Positions 26,713 through 36,488 of a stretch of DNA of 64,000 nt are shown in pieces (position 1 is the stretch's first letter; each line of letters starts with the position of its first letter). Below the pieces are notes generated by a model, which saw nothing but the letters and a program-made list of their open reading frames with translations, searched no databases and was not told the DNA's origin. The stretch covers positions 62,001 to 126,000 of the IMG/VR virus record IMGVR_UViG_3300043446_004613; one strand, written 5' to 3'. Position numbers and translations under genes: made by a program.

Positions 26713-27471
26713 ATGATCAGAGTCATCACTGCTGCTGACGACGTGTTTAAGCACGCCGTCATGCTTACGGTTAATGCGTCTGCCCGCGCAGGCTATACCA
26801 CTGAGGTTTATGATCTCGGTGGTTTAGGTTTTGGAAAGCCGTATCCGCGACCGGAGCAGTACAAAAACCATCGCCGATCTCATCTGTTCGGCCCATGCAA
26901 GCTGATTGATCAAAACGTTCGAGGTGTCGCGCCTTGGAAACCTGCATTGATCCGGGATGTACTGCTTACCTGTAAACCGGAAGATTACGTAGTTTGGCTT
27001 GATGCCGACGCTTGGATCATAAGGCCACTGAACGCTATCCAGACCGACGACTACGACATCGGCGTTACTGTCCGAAACGCGAACGAAACAGATCACGGGC
27101 ACGGCTTAATAAATGCCGGTGTCTTGTTTTTAAGACCAACACAAGCAGCCTTAAATTTCATTGACCGCTGGATACAGGAAATACCGCTCTCGACGGTACA
27201 GTCCGATCAGTTCACGCTAAATGATCTTCTGGAACGGGAAAACGTATTCAGATCGCGTGATGCTGTGTCTGTCGGGTATAACACGCGTTTTAAGTTTTTT
27301 CGTGCCGAACAGTTCAATTTCTACTACGCTCCAAAACCCCTGCTGCCTACGACCGCTATAGTACATTTCAAGCGTGATACACGTAAAAAGCACGCTGATT
27401 TTGAGCAGTGGATCGCTACAACTGCACCAGCATATCTCACTGCTGGCCTATCTGTTGATCGCGTGGCGTGA
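26713..27471 (+). CDS. nucleotide-diphospho-sugar glycosyltransferase (GT-A fold)
   Basis: WKPALI, VWLDAD, INAGVLF, SDQ..LN, IVHFK. Confidence 0.75.
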   Translation: MIRVITAADDVFKHAVMLTVNASARAGYTTEVYDLGGLGFGKPYPRPEQYKNHRRSHLFGPCKLIDQNVRGVAPWKPALIRDVLLTCKPEDYVVWLDADAWIIRPLNAIQTDDYDIGVTVRNANETDHGHGLINAGVLFLRPTQAALNFIDRWIQEIPLSTVQSDQFTLNDLLERENVFRSRDAVSVGYNTRFKFFRAEQFNFYYAPKPLLPTTAIVHFKRDTRKKHADFEQWIATTAPAYLTAGLSVDRVA

Positions 27472-27667
27472 CCTTAGCGCCGGGCGGATATGAGCCGACA
27501 TAGACAGGCGCACCGCTTTGCGCATAGCCGCTGCGCAGCATTGAACTGCCAAGCTTTATACCCAGCTGCGCCCAAGCATCTTCGGGATTAGAGGCCGTGA
27601 CGCCGATAACTTGTCGCTTTTCCTGATTTGTAAACGTGTAGCTGTAGTAGCGAATAAGGGCACTCAT
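27437..27667 (-). CDS. hypothetical protein (76 aa)
   Basis: ORF with CGTAGTTAA 5 nt upstream. Confidence 0.55.
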   Translation of the reverse strand: MSALIRYYSYTFTNQEKRQVIGVTASNPEDAWAQLGIKLGSSMLRSGYAQSGAPVYVGSYPPGAKVTPRDQQIGQQ

Positions 27668-27701
27668 TGCTTTAACTACGGCTCGGCGTTGTATTTAGTG
27701 C

Positions 27702-28157
27702 GTGGATTACAGAAACACATTTGCATACAAGCTGTTGCAGAAGTTCGAGTCAATGCGTGAGCGTGTTGCGCATTACGTGGCTGTTATTGATGAGTGCCCT
27801 ATCCCAGCGTTCATAACATCGCGAGACGGAAAGGAACTGTATTACGTAAATGCCGCGTACCGCGAGCTTTTTGGCAAGGATGAAGCGCAGCTTCAGGAAG
27901 ATGAGTGGATGAAATTGATCCACCCAGATGACCGCGCTAAGGCGGCCACTGTCTGGCAGGAATATATTAAAAATCCAGTGAATAATGTCCCGATGATCCA
28001 CACGCTGCGGTACATTACACGCAATGGTGTGTTGCCAGCATCTACGAAAGTTACCGCTATTCCGGGTAACGGCATCGTAGGATACATCGTGTGCGCAACA
28101 GGATGTTCAGCGTCTAGTATTCGCGATCTTCAGCCGGTTTCGACTCCGTCGATATAG
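27702..28157 (+). CDS. stand-alone PAS-domain protein
   Basis: CPIPAFIT..DG...YVNAAY.ELFG, WMKLIHPDDR PAS signature. Confidence 0.8.
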   Translation: MDYRNTFAYKLLQKFESMRERVAHYVAVIDECPIPAFITSRDGKELYYVNAAYRELFGKDEAQLQEDEWMKLIHPDDRAKAATVWQEYIKNPVNNVPMIHTLRYITRNGVLPASTKVTAIPGNGIVGYIVCATGCSASSIRDLQPVSTPSI

Positions 28158-30108
28158 TGCGTCCCATCATCTGCGCAAACTGCGTTTCGGTAAGCTTAGG
28201 CACACCGTACTTTAGCGCGGCAGCCAGTTTATTCACACCGGGGTCAGTGCCAACGACAAGGTAGTCAGTTTTGCTGGTCACGCTGCTCTTCCAAACACCG
28301 CCTGCATTGCGGATAATGTCCGGTAGGTCATCGCGACCGCCGCACAAAAGACCTCCGGTAACACAGAACGATTTACCTTCCAGCGGCCCGCTGGCGCGTT
28401 TTTCACCGCTTAGCTTGATGAGTTGGTCAAGGCTGTCGATCTCTTCAACGTTGTTCAGGACGTACTCCGTCAAGTTTTGCATCACGACTGGCCCTACAAT
28501 CTCAACCAGTGCTTTGGTGTCATCATCAGTCGCAAACATCTCAGGCAGGCTCGCCCAACGATCGGCTATTTCCATGCTTAGGGCTTGACCTAGGCCGTCA
28601 ATGCCGAGTGCGTGGAGTTTGCGCCAAAACGGTTTACCAGCTACTGCGGCCCGCCCCGCCAGAAACCGTTTTTTGGCCGCTGCCTTTAGGAAGGTAGGGT
28701 CAATCGTAAACACGTCCGATATTGAACGTACCCCGTTTTCGACCAAGGTCTGGACAAGCACGTCGCCGCAACCATCAATGTCCAGCGCCTGCTTGCTACA
28801 GGCATGCTGGATACGTCCGACAATCTGATCTTTGCACTCTGGGTTTAAGCAAAACGTGTCCACAAACCCTTCCGGTCGTTGCAGTACGGACTGGCAGCAC
28901 GGACACGTGGATGGAAGTTTGTAGACACCCTTAGCGTTTTTATTGGTAAGCCCGACAATTTTCGGGATGATTTCAGCCGACTTTTCAACCAACACATCAT
29001 CACCGACATTGATGCCTAAACGGTCAATCTCGTCTTGGTTGCAGATCGAAGCCCGAGCTACCGTAGTTCCGCTCAAACCAACTGGGTGAAGGTTAGCCAC
29101 TGGAGTCAGCTTGCCTGTGCGTCCGACTTGAACCGTAATGCTTTCAAGTCGTGTCGTTTTACGTTCCGGCGGAAACTTGTAGGCACAGGCCCATTTGGGA
29201 TACTTTGTGCCGACACCCAGCTTCAGCTGTTCGCGCAAGTCATTGATCTTGAAAACCAGTCCGTCGGTAGGCAGATCAAGGAATTGACGGGCCGCGTCAG
29301 CCTCGGCAATACGCTTCGCAAGCTGTTCAGCAGTTTCAACCTTAAAGCAGTCTGCCACCGTATTGCACGATTGCGTTACCGGAAGCCAGTAGACACTTTG
29401 GAAGCCTAAAAACTCTAGGTAGTCTGTCAGGCCGCTTTGGCTGGGTGCGACGGCGTCTCCACGCGTCATACCGTAAGCCACAAAGCAAAGGTTGCGTTCG
29501 GCAACCTGTCGTGGATCGCGCAGTTTAAGTGTGCCTGCGGCAGCGTTACGTGGATTAGCCAGCAGCGGTTTACCCTCCTTTTCCAGTTTCGTGTTTAACT
29601 GGTTAAAGGTGCTGTAGCGCATGTAGACCTCACCTTTGACTTTGCAGTCAACAGGCGCTGAGAGCTTGAGTGGTATAGTCGGTATTGTACGCGCATTTGC
29701 GGTTACATCGTCGCCTTCCATGCCGTCACCGCGAGTGATCGCTTGCGTCAGCACGCCCTTCACGTAGATCAGCTTTAAGGACAACCCGTCAATCTTAGGC
29801 TCCATCGTTACCTCGGTCGGCCCGAGATATTTGAGCACTTCCTCGGCAGTGAACGTATTCTCAAGCGACAGCATCTTTTCATCGGTATGCGGAACCTTGT
29901 TAAAAGAGGTACACTTGGCACCGACACGCTGCGTAGGGCTGGCAGGATCAGCATACTGAGGGAATTCACGTTCCAGATCGGCAAGCTCATTGTACAGCTT
30001 ATCGAACTCGGCATCAGTGATTGGGCTGCAATTCAAGACGTAGTACTGGTAAGAGTAACGGGTGACGTCAGCCCGGAGCTTGGAAATACGATCAGATGTT
30101 TCGGACAT
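28114..30108 (-). CDS. ligA: NAD-dependent DNA ligase
   Basis: EPKIDGLS active site, RNAAAGTL, DGLVFK, QVGRTG, Zn finger, C-terminal BRCT. Confidence 0.97.
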   Translation of the reverse strand: MSETSDRISKLRADVTRYSYQYYVLNCSPITDAEFDKLYNELADLEREFPQYADPASPTQRVGAKCTSFNKVPHTDEKMLSLENTFTAEEVLKYLGPTEVTMEPKIDGLSLKLIYVKGVLTQAITRGDGMEGDDVTANARTIPTIPLKLSAPVDCKVKGEVYMRYSTFNQLNTKLEKEGKPLLANPRNAAAGTLKLRDPRQVAERNLCFVAYGMTRGDAVAPSQSGLTDYLEFLGFQSVYWLPVTQSCNTVADCFKVETAEQLAKRIAEADAARQFLDLPTDGLVFKINDLREQLKLGVGTKYPKWACAYKFPPERKTTRLESITVQVGRTGKLTPVANLHPVGLSGTTVARASICNQDEIDRLGINVGDDVLVEKSAEIIPKIVGLTNKNAKGVYKLPSTCPCCQSVLQRPEGFVDTFCLNPECKDQIVGRIQHACSKQALDIDGCGDVLVQTLVENGVRSISDVFTIDPTFLKAAAKKRFLAGRAAVAGKPFWRKLHALGIDGLGQALSMEIADRWASLPEMFATDDDTKALVEIVGPVVMQNLTEYVLNNVEEIDSLDQLIKLSGEKRASGPLEGKSFCVTGGLLCGGRDDLPDIIRNAGGVWKSSVTSKTDYLVVGTDPGVNKLAAALKYGVPKLTETQFAQMMGRTISTESKPAEDREY

Positions 30109-30136
30109 AATCTGTTCTTTATGTTAGGTGATTCAG

Positions 30137-30165
30137 AGTGTAGACAGTTACGCATTACGAATCAA
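30137..30165 (-). promoter_or_regulatory. sigma70-type promoter for ligA
   Basis: TTGATT-17 nt-TACACT. Confidence 0.5.
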
Positions 30166-30184
30166 CATTTTATTTTAATTATTT

Positions 30185-30475
30185 ATGGTCATCGATGAAC
30201 AGACAGCAAAGACAGCCCAGAGCGTGCTCATGTACGTAGGGCTGGTGGCGTTGCTTAGTGCGGTAGGTTGGCCGCTATTTCGTCTTGTGCGCTGGGCACG
30301 TAAATTTTGGAAGGCGCGTCGACGCTTTAGCGCGGTTGGATGCTACTGTGCGCACTGTGCCGCTCCAAACACAGGTGATCCACAAAAAGCAATAGCCGTG
30401 GATGACCACGGCTATTTTGTCTACCAATGCCGCTACTGCGAGCAGCTGACACTACTTCCGCTGCCGAATAAGTGA
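30185..30475 (+). CDS. small membrane-anchored Zn-ribbon protein
   Basis: TM helix VLMYVGLVALLSAVGWPLF; CAHC...CRYC. Confidence 0.65.
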   Translation: MVIDEQTAKTAQSVLMYVGLVALLSAVGWPLFRLVRWARKFWKARRRFSAVGCYCAHCAAPNTGDPQKAIAVDDHGYFVYQCRYCEQLTLLPLPNK

Positions 30476-31762
30476 TGCGGCTAAGCTCTCTTCCTGACGG
30501 CCTTCTTCCTCGGCGCGGATTTCGTTAACGATGTTCTGGATGTACTGACGTCCGCGAGGTGTCTCCTGTAGGATGTCCTGCATCAACTGGTTGAATTCAC
30601 CTGTTGGGCGCGTGACCAGATGGCGGTAAATCTTGCCCATCAAATCGGCACCTCCAGCGTTATTTACGAGATGGTTCAGATGACGCCAGACGCCCGGCCC
30701 TTTCATGATGTCCCACTGTTCATTCGCAAGCGTGTCGCCCTTGGAATAGGCATACTTGCGCACTTCTTCCGGGTCATCCTCGTTGAAGGACAGGAACTCG
30801 TACAAGCCTTTGGCCAGTTCTTGGATCAGCACTGGGAATACCAGAGCAGAAGCACGAATTGTGTACGTGCCATCATCTTCCGGTGTCACTTCTTCCATGC
30901 CGCCACCGCCCGCGCCAGAACCCATCATCTGGTTGAGGGTATCTTCCGGCATCATCCAGTACATCAACTCAGCGATAGACATGAGCTTACCGTAGGTTTG
31001 TAGGATGTTCGGGTCGATTGCCCGTAGCTGGTCGGCGATCTGGTGGTAGGCGTAATTCTTGTTGATGGCCGCGCCTTGGATGAGCATGTTGATGAAGCGG
31101 CGTTTATTAGCTTCTTCGTCGTATTCGCCGCGAATCTGAGGCACGTCTAAACCGAGTTCGGCGCGTTCCTCTTCTGTCTCCTCACCCGGTTCAACCTGCA
31201 TCTGCTGGCCCTGCTCTTCCTCATCTTCGGCTTCCTCAGCTGCACCTTGGATACGCTGCTGCATTTTGCGCATCATCGCTTGCGGATCAAGCAACCGAGC
31301 TTCAATTTTCAGATCACCGGATTCAACAGCTTCGCGGGCATCGCGGAATTCAGGCAAGCTGAGCACCACTTCAACCGCTGCCTGTTCCAGTTCTTGGCGG
31401 TGCGCGGCCTCGGCGCGGGTAGCCTGCTGCATCGCCTGCATCATGAGCATACCCAGCTGCTGCGGCTGCATGCGGCGTGGGTCTTGCCCAGTGTACTGCT
31501 GCACCTTGCGCACGATCTCAGGATACACGTTGGACGTCACCAATTCGCTGTAAGACTGGGTCGGATCAGGCCGATTTGGGTCATCGCGGTATGGCGCACC
31601 TTGGCGGCGTGCTGGCTTGTTCTGCGGAAAGGCAGGATTACCAGCATACGGATGCTGGCCGGTCTGGATTTTGCGCTTTTTCTGTGGATCGATCCAGTCA
31701 GGCACGTCGCCCAGATCGAGTGCCATTTCCGTCAGGATGCGCTTGGATAGTGGAGTACTCAT
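30452..31762 (-). CDS. conserved large-phage protein, putative head/core component
   Basis: KRRFINMLIQG and FPVLIQELAKG motifs; MSTPLSKRILTE leader; start set at ATGA-type overlap. Confidence 0.7.
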   Translation of the reverse strand: MSTPLSKRILTEMALDLGDVPDWIDPQKKRKIQTGQHPYAGNPAFPQNKPARRQGAPYRDDPNRPDPTQSYSELVTSNVYPEIVRKVQQYTGQDPRRMQPQQLGMLMMQAMQQATRAEAAHRQELEQAAVEVVLSLPEFRDAREAVESGDLKIEARLLDPQAMMRKMQQRIQGAAEEAEDEEEQGQQMQVEPGEETEEERAELGLDVPQIRGEYDEEANKRRFINMLIQGAAINKNYAYHQIADQLRAIDPNILQTYGKLMSIAELMYWMMPEDTLNQMMGSGAGGGGMEEVTPEDDGTYTIRASALVFPVLIQELAKGLYEFLSFNEDDPEEVRKYAYSKGDTLANEQWDIMKGPGVWRHLNHLVNNAGGADLMGKIYRHLVTRPTGEFNQLMQDILQETPRGRQYIQNIVNEIRAEEEGRQEESLAASLIRQRK

Positions 31763-31983
31763 GCGCCTTTGATGAGTTGCTTGGCCTTGCTCTCCCAACA
31801 AGCTTTTGGCTTAGGCATCGGCCCCGGTTCAGTGCCGTGACGGCGACGACGGAACGGATTGGGATGTTTGCTAGGAGCCGGGCGACCCGGTTTGGTGTCG
31901 GGCTTGACGTCAGGTTTGACATCAGGCTTGGTCGGAGCTTCAGTCGGGCCAGCGGCCCGTTCAAATAGTTGACGCGCTTTCAT
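31759..31983 (-). CDS. small Pro/Lys-rich protein (KPDV repeats)
   Basis: MKARQLFE leader; PTKPDVKPDVKPDTKP. Confidence 0.65.
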   Translation of the reverse strand: MKARQLFERAAGPTEAPTKPDVKPDVKPDTKPGRPAPSKHPNPFRRRRHGTEPGPMPKPKACWESKAKQLIKGA

Positions 31984-32002
31984 GCTATCCTTAAATACGT
32001 GG

Positions 32003-35000
32003 TCACTTGTCGATAATGAGCAACTTGTCCCAGTCGATGTCCTTCTTAGGAATCTTTTTCATGTTCAAGTAGTTCAAACCGACTTCACAGTCACCGCTAA
32101 ACGGAACCAGCATCCAAGACGTATCGAAGTTATTTCCGAACACATGCTTAAAAACGTCAGGAAAGTTGTTCAATACATCGGTTACGATTTCGTGGACGAT
32201 TGGAAGTTCTTCGCGGACGGCGTCGATGACCAGCGAGTCATGCACCGTTGAAACCAGAATAGATTCCAAGTTCATCTGGCGCATAAGGTCTTCGATGACA
32301 CACAGAGCCGTCAACATCATATCCGAAGCTGTTGACTGAATGAGGTGGTTACATCCAGCCCGTAAAGCTTTAGCCTGTGCTTCCTTATCCTCGCCAAGAA
32401 CTTCCTCAAACACACGCACACGGCCAAAAACGGAACAGGCAACGTGGTTGTCCATGATGAAGCGCTTGTACTCCATCAGCAGCGTCTTCAGTGAAGGGTA
32501 GGAGTCGAAAAATAGCTCGATGATATGCTGACATTCTTCAGGGCTGCGGAAAATGCCTTTCATCGCCAGCACGTTTTGTAGACCAAACGCACCGCCACCG
32601 TAGCCGGTCAAAAAGTTTACGGTCTTGCCGATGGAGCGCTTTTCATCCAGTTCCTTCGCCTCTTTGCTGTTACCCTTCTCCTGCAACGACTTCATGTAGT
32701 CCTTACTGAAGTGCTCGTAAGGTACGTCGAATATGCGACTGGTCGTAAGCGAGTGCAGATCGATGTCATCAAAATACGCTTTTACCATCGTCGGATCACC
32801 GCAGGCGGCAGCCATGAGGCGTAGTTCGATCTGCGACAAGTCCCCTTGATACATGCAGCCGCGCTTACCGAAACGGGATACGAACATGGATTTAACAGCG
32901 CCGTCGCGGGGTAGCTGTTGCAAGTTCGGGTCTTTGCACGACAGACGACCTCCGCGAGTCCCGGTTAGCAAAAAGCTGGCGTGGATACAGCTGTCAAAGC
33001 ACAGATGCGCATCTGCTGTGCGCTGCTTCTTATCCAAACCTTCGCTGAAATAGTTTTGCAGTGGCCGAACGTAGGTGCTGTAGAGCTTGAACTCTTTCCG
33101 GTAATTCATCAGTGGGCGGAGTTGCTCGTGCTCTGAGCATAGATTGTTAAGTGTGAACTTGTCTACAGCTGCGACCTCGCGCAGCTGCTCCTGCACAGCG
33201 GCGTTCAGTGCAGCCTCGTCATGGTTTAACTCCGGGCGCATTGATGCGATTGTCGCGGTTAGACTCGCGGTTGCCTCGTCAATATTTTCGCCGAGCAGCT
33301 TTCGACCCTGCTTGGTAAAGCGCTTTACAGGTAGTTTTAGGACATTGAATATCAAGTCTTTAAGCTGACTCTTGTTTTCAAGGTCTAGCTCAAAGCCTTT
33401 CTCTGTCGCCGCTTTCTCCTTGATCCACGATGCGATACGCGGGTCAACATTGGCCATGCTTGTGCGCAGTTCCTTGATGCGCTTAGGCATAGTGTCTTCC
33501 ATCATGTGCAGCGTAGCTTTATCAATGTATAGACCGCGAGCCATCATCTTCATCAAAACACTCGCAGCGGGAGACATGATCTTTTCGTAGACCCATTCGC
33601 GATTATGTGGGGCATACCAGCGAAACTTTCCGGGACGCTTTGGATCAGCTAACGGAATCTCGTAAAGGCGACTCGTTGCCAGCTTTTCAGCAATCTTCTC
33701 TCGGGCTTGATAGCACACTTCAACGTCACCCATTACGTAAGGGATCAAGTGCGTCTCGGTTTTATCAACCGGACAGTTTAGGTAGTGGCCACCTTTACCT
33801 TCTGCCGGGTGCATGCTTTCACGGTGGAGGTCGATTAGAAGCGTCATGTCTTCTTCATAACCGGCAAGGTCAGGTACCCACTCGTAAGCAAGCACCTCTA
33901 GGCCAAGGCTGCCACGGCGCTGCTGGATGGCAAACGCCATGTGCCACGTGTCGTACTTGCAGGCGTTCGCGAGCTTTACCAACCAGCTGTCGCGCTTGCG
34001 GTTGTACTGCGGATCATCCCAACCGACCAGCTTCGTTTTCCAGAAGGTGGCGTAGGTGTAAAGCATGTCGAAGGTCAAGTTATGGCCAATTAGTGTTGAC
34101 TGCGTCAGCACCTTCCAGACATCCAACTTCAGCACGTGCAGATAAGGTCGCAGCGGGCTTTCGCGCCACTCAGGGAAATCCTGCGTAGGGCCGAAATCCC
34201 ACGGAAATCCTATAGAGCGCGGCTTATTTGTAAACGGGTCTGTCCAGCGCAACATGATGCTGACAATCGCCGCATCTTTAGCCCACGGACGCACACCTGT
34301 AGTTTCCGTATCGTAGCATATAGCGAGCTTCTTACCGTTCGCCTTCAAAGCTTCGATCTGCTCGAGTAGTTCACCCAATACAGCGCTGACTTCTGCCGGG
34401 TCTTCTGTCCAGTGATACCACTTGCGTGTGTACTTTGGAGCCGGTACGCCCTGCTTTGCCATCTTCAGCGCGGCCACGATTTGCTTTTCCCAGCGAGCAC
34501 GTACACTGCGATTTTGGCGTGCGTTGATGATGCGCGGCGACTGGATAGGCACCATAGGTATGCGCCAGTCCGGTATTGGGCCGAAAAGTGGATGACCGAT
34601 GGCGTCAACATTATTAGGCAATTTGTACGATAGAGCGTACTTCGGATTTGTCAGCCAATCATCCGGCCAACCGCGAAAAGTCAGGAGGCGACCTGACCAT
34701 TCTTCGGCATTTGATTTGTGTGATAGCATGCCGAGTGCGACCGTACCGACAGGCATTATCAGCGCAGGCGGGTAGCGCATTAAGTCATCAATCGCATGAT
34801 AGCGGCACCAATTAGCACGCGGCTTCAGATCGACCATCTTTTTAAGCCAATTCGAGCAGCGCGTCATGGTAACCCAACGTACGTCGTCCAAGGTAACGCC
34901 TGTTGTAGCTTGGTGTTTACGGATTATCTGGCGAAGCACTGCCGGGCTGCCATCACCGGCAATACCGAGCGCTCCCGCCATATCGTCAGGATGGGTAACA

Positions 35001-35380
35001 CCGTCAAAAATAATCGTAATCAGTGGCTTTTTGCTGCCGCCGAAAGGCATGAAAGGGGTACGGCACTCGTGGTTGAAAAGGTCGCACTGCTTACAAAGCG
35101 GTGATTCGGCGCTGGGTACAGGTGCCTTTGGCAGCATCGGCGGATTTTGATCGTACGGCGTAATCCACTCGATCTTCTCTTTCTTCTTTCCGGTGGGAGG
35201 TGTTATCGATTTCTCTTCGCCGTAGTAGTAGATGAGCATGTCCTTGTCCATCTTGGGCAGGATCTTCAACTGAGACTGTGTTACCAGCGTCCCATCCGAT
35301 AAACGGAATAAGCGCTTTTTACTCGGTTTGCGAGGCGCAAGCGTCTCTTCTGCTTTTTGCTGTTCTGTTTCGTCTGACAT
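32003..35380 (-). CDS. polA: family A DNA polymerase with N-terminal UDG family 4-like domain and 3'-5' exonuclease
   Basis: Motifs A DLSQIELR, B RSIGKTVNF..GYG, C VHDS; ExoI YDTETTG, ExoII GHNLTFD; N-terminal CKQC...RC...C. Confidence 0.95.
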   Translation of the reverse strand: MSDETEQQKAEETLAPRKPSKKRLFRLSDGTLVTQSQLKILPKMDKDMLIYYYGEEKSITPPTGKKKEKIEWITPYDQNPPMLPKAPVPSAESPLCKQCDLFNHECRTPFMPFGGSKKPLITIIFDGVTHPDDMAGALGIAGDGSPAVLRQIIRKHQATTGVTLDDVRWVTMTRCSNWLKKMVDLKPRANWCRYHAIDDLMRYPPALIMPVGTVALGMLSHKSNAEEWSGRLLTFRGWPDDWLTNPKYALSYKLPNNVDAIGHPLFGPIPDWRIPMVPIQSPRIINARQNRSVRARWEKQIVAALKMAKQGVPAPKYTRKWYHWTEDPAEVSAVLGELLEQIEALKANGKKLAICYDTETTGVRPWAKDAAIVSIMLRWTDPFTNKPRSIGFPWDFGPTQDFPEWRESPLRPYLHVLKLDVWKVLTQSTLIGHNLTFDMLYTYATFWKTKLVGWDDPQYNRKRDSWLVKLANACKYDTWHMAFAIQQRRGSLGLEVLAYEWVPDLAGYEEDMTLLIDLHRESMHPAEGKGGHYLNCPVDKTETHLIPYVMGDVEVCYQAREKIAEKLATSRLYEIPLADPKRPGKFRWYAPHNREWVYEKIMSPAASVLMKMMARGLYIDKATLHMMEDTMPKRIKELRTSMANVDPRIASWIKEKAATEKGFELDLENKSQLKDLIFNVLKLPVKRFTKQGRKLLGENIDEATASLTATIASMRPELNHDEAALNAAVQEQLREVAAVDKFTLNNLCSEHEQLRPLMNYRKEFKLYSTYVRPLQNYFSEGLDKKQRTADAHLCFDSCIHASFLLTGTRGGRLSCKDPNLQQLPRDGAVKSMFVSRFGKRGCMYQGDLSQIELRLMAAACGDPTMVKAYFDDIDLHSLTTSRIFDVPYEHFSKDYMKSLQEKGNSKEAKELDEKRSIGKTVNFLTGYGGGAFGLQNVLAMKGIFRSPEECQHIIELFFDSYPSLKTLLMEYKRFIMDNHVACSVFGRVRVFEEVLGEDKEAQAKALRAGCNHLIQSTASDMMLTALCVIEDLMRQMNLESILVSTVHDSLVIDAVREELPIVHEIVTDVLNNFPDVFKHVFGNNFDTSWMLVPFSGDCEVGLNYLNMKKIPKKDIDWDKLLIIDK

Positions 35381-35410
35381 CGAATCAAAAGAACGGTGTT
35401 CTTAAAAAAT

Positions 35411-36481
35411 ATGGAACGTGAATCACAAAGTATACCGCTACCATGCTTCGGCATGGAGCATAATAGCAGCGATCCGCAGTGTTTAAGCTGTAAGCATGAA
35501 GCCGATTGCCGCATATTCATGGGTGCTCGCGCAGATAAAGTGACGCTGGATCAGGTAAAGTTCGACTTGATCTCAGACAAGTACCCAAAAGAAATATTTA
35601 ATGTTGACGACCCTGACAAGGTGCGACTGCAAACACTATACTGTAATTGTTACGCTACGGTATTTGACGGAGTAGTCCCCGATAAAAACGACAATGCTGA
35701 GCGCTTTAGTGCAAAGATATTAGCCAACGCCAACGCTGCTGATTGTTCACTTCGCATGTTCATGCTGTCAAACATGATAGCTCACGAGACACACGAAAAA
35801 CAGGTTATCAAGCATACGGAGAAACTGCGAGCGTCACGCTTTACGGCACGTTCGCTCACAAGCGCGTACGCCATAAAACGGGCGCAGATGTATCAACAGA
35901 TGTGCCGTGACCGCTTTGGCGTATTCAGTGTTAAAAGCTTGGCGGCATTGTCGGATGATAAGGAAACCATGACCGACACTGAACAGCTGATGCTGCAAAA
36001 TGAAGTCATGGCCGGTACGTGGATGGTGCGCCACAAGATATTTAACAGCGGCCCGAGCGAAAGACTGATGTTTGACACCCTTGAATTCCAACTGAGCCAT
36101 GAATGGTTGGCACTGGAATCATCTTACACGCGCTACGTGCTCACGCCGATGCGCCTCGGCGAGCTTAAAAGCACCAAGGTACAGGAGTATCGGCGCAAAG
36201 AAGTACTCGACCTTATCGGTTTTTTGAAGCGTAACCCGAGCAAAGGCCGCTGGTATTGGACGACGCGTCAGGCTATCATGGCAAAAGCTGTGACGCAGGT
36301 GCTCGCAAAATTTAATCTGCAACCGTGCGATTTCATGTATAGTCGCGAACCTGTCACAGACGTGATGAGTTTTTGGCGCACGCTGGGCCTGACAGTCCGG
36401 CACTACCACTGCCTGTTGTACCTGAACGGCGAAAACAATTTATTTACGCCGCGTCACCTTCGCTGGGAACACCGTTCTTAA
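35411..36481 (+). CDS. hypothetical protein with N-terminal Cys cluster, replication-associated
   Basis: PCFG...DPQCLSCKHEADC; directly upstream of helicase. Confidence 0.7.
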   Translation: MERESQSIPLPCFGMEHNSSDPQCLSCKHEADCRIFMGARADKVTLDQVKFDLISDKYPKEIFNVDDPDKVRLQTLYCNCYATVFDGVVPDKNDNAERFSAKILANANAADCSLRMFMLSNMIAHETHEKQVIKHTEKLRASRFTARSLTSAYAIKRAQMYQQMCRDRFGVFSVKSLAALSDDKETMTDTEQLMLQNEVMAGTWMVRHKIFNSGPSERLMFDTLEFQLSHEWLALESSYTRYVLTPMRLGELKSTKVQEYRRKEVLDLIGFLKRNPSKGRWYWTTRQAIMAKAVTQVLAKFNLQPCDFMYSREPVTDVMSFWRTLGLTVRHYHCLLYLNGENNLFTPRHLRWEHRS

Positions 36482-36488
36482 CACCGCT

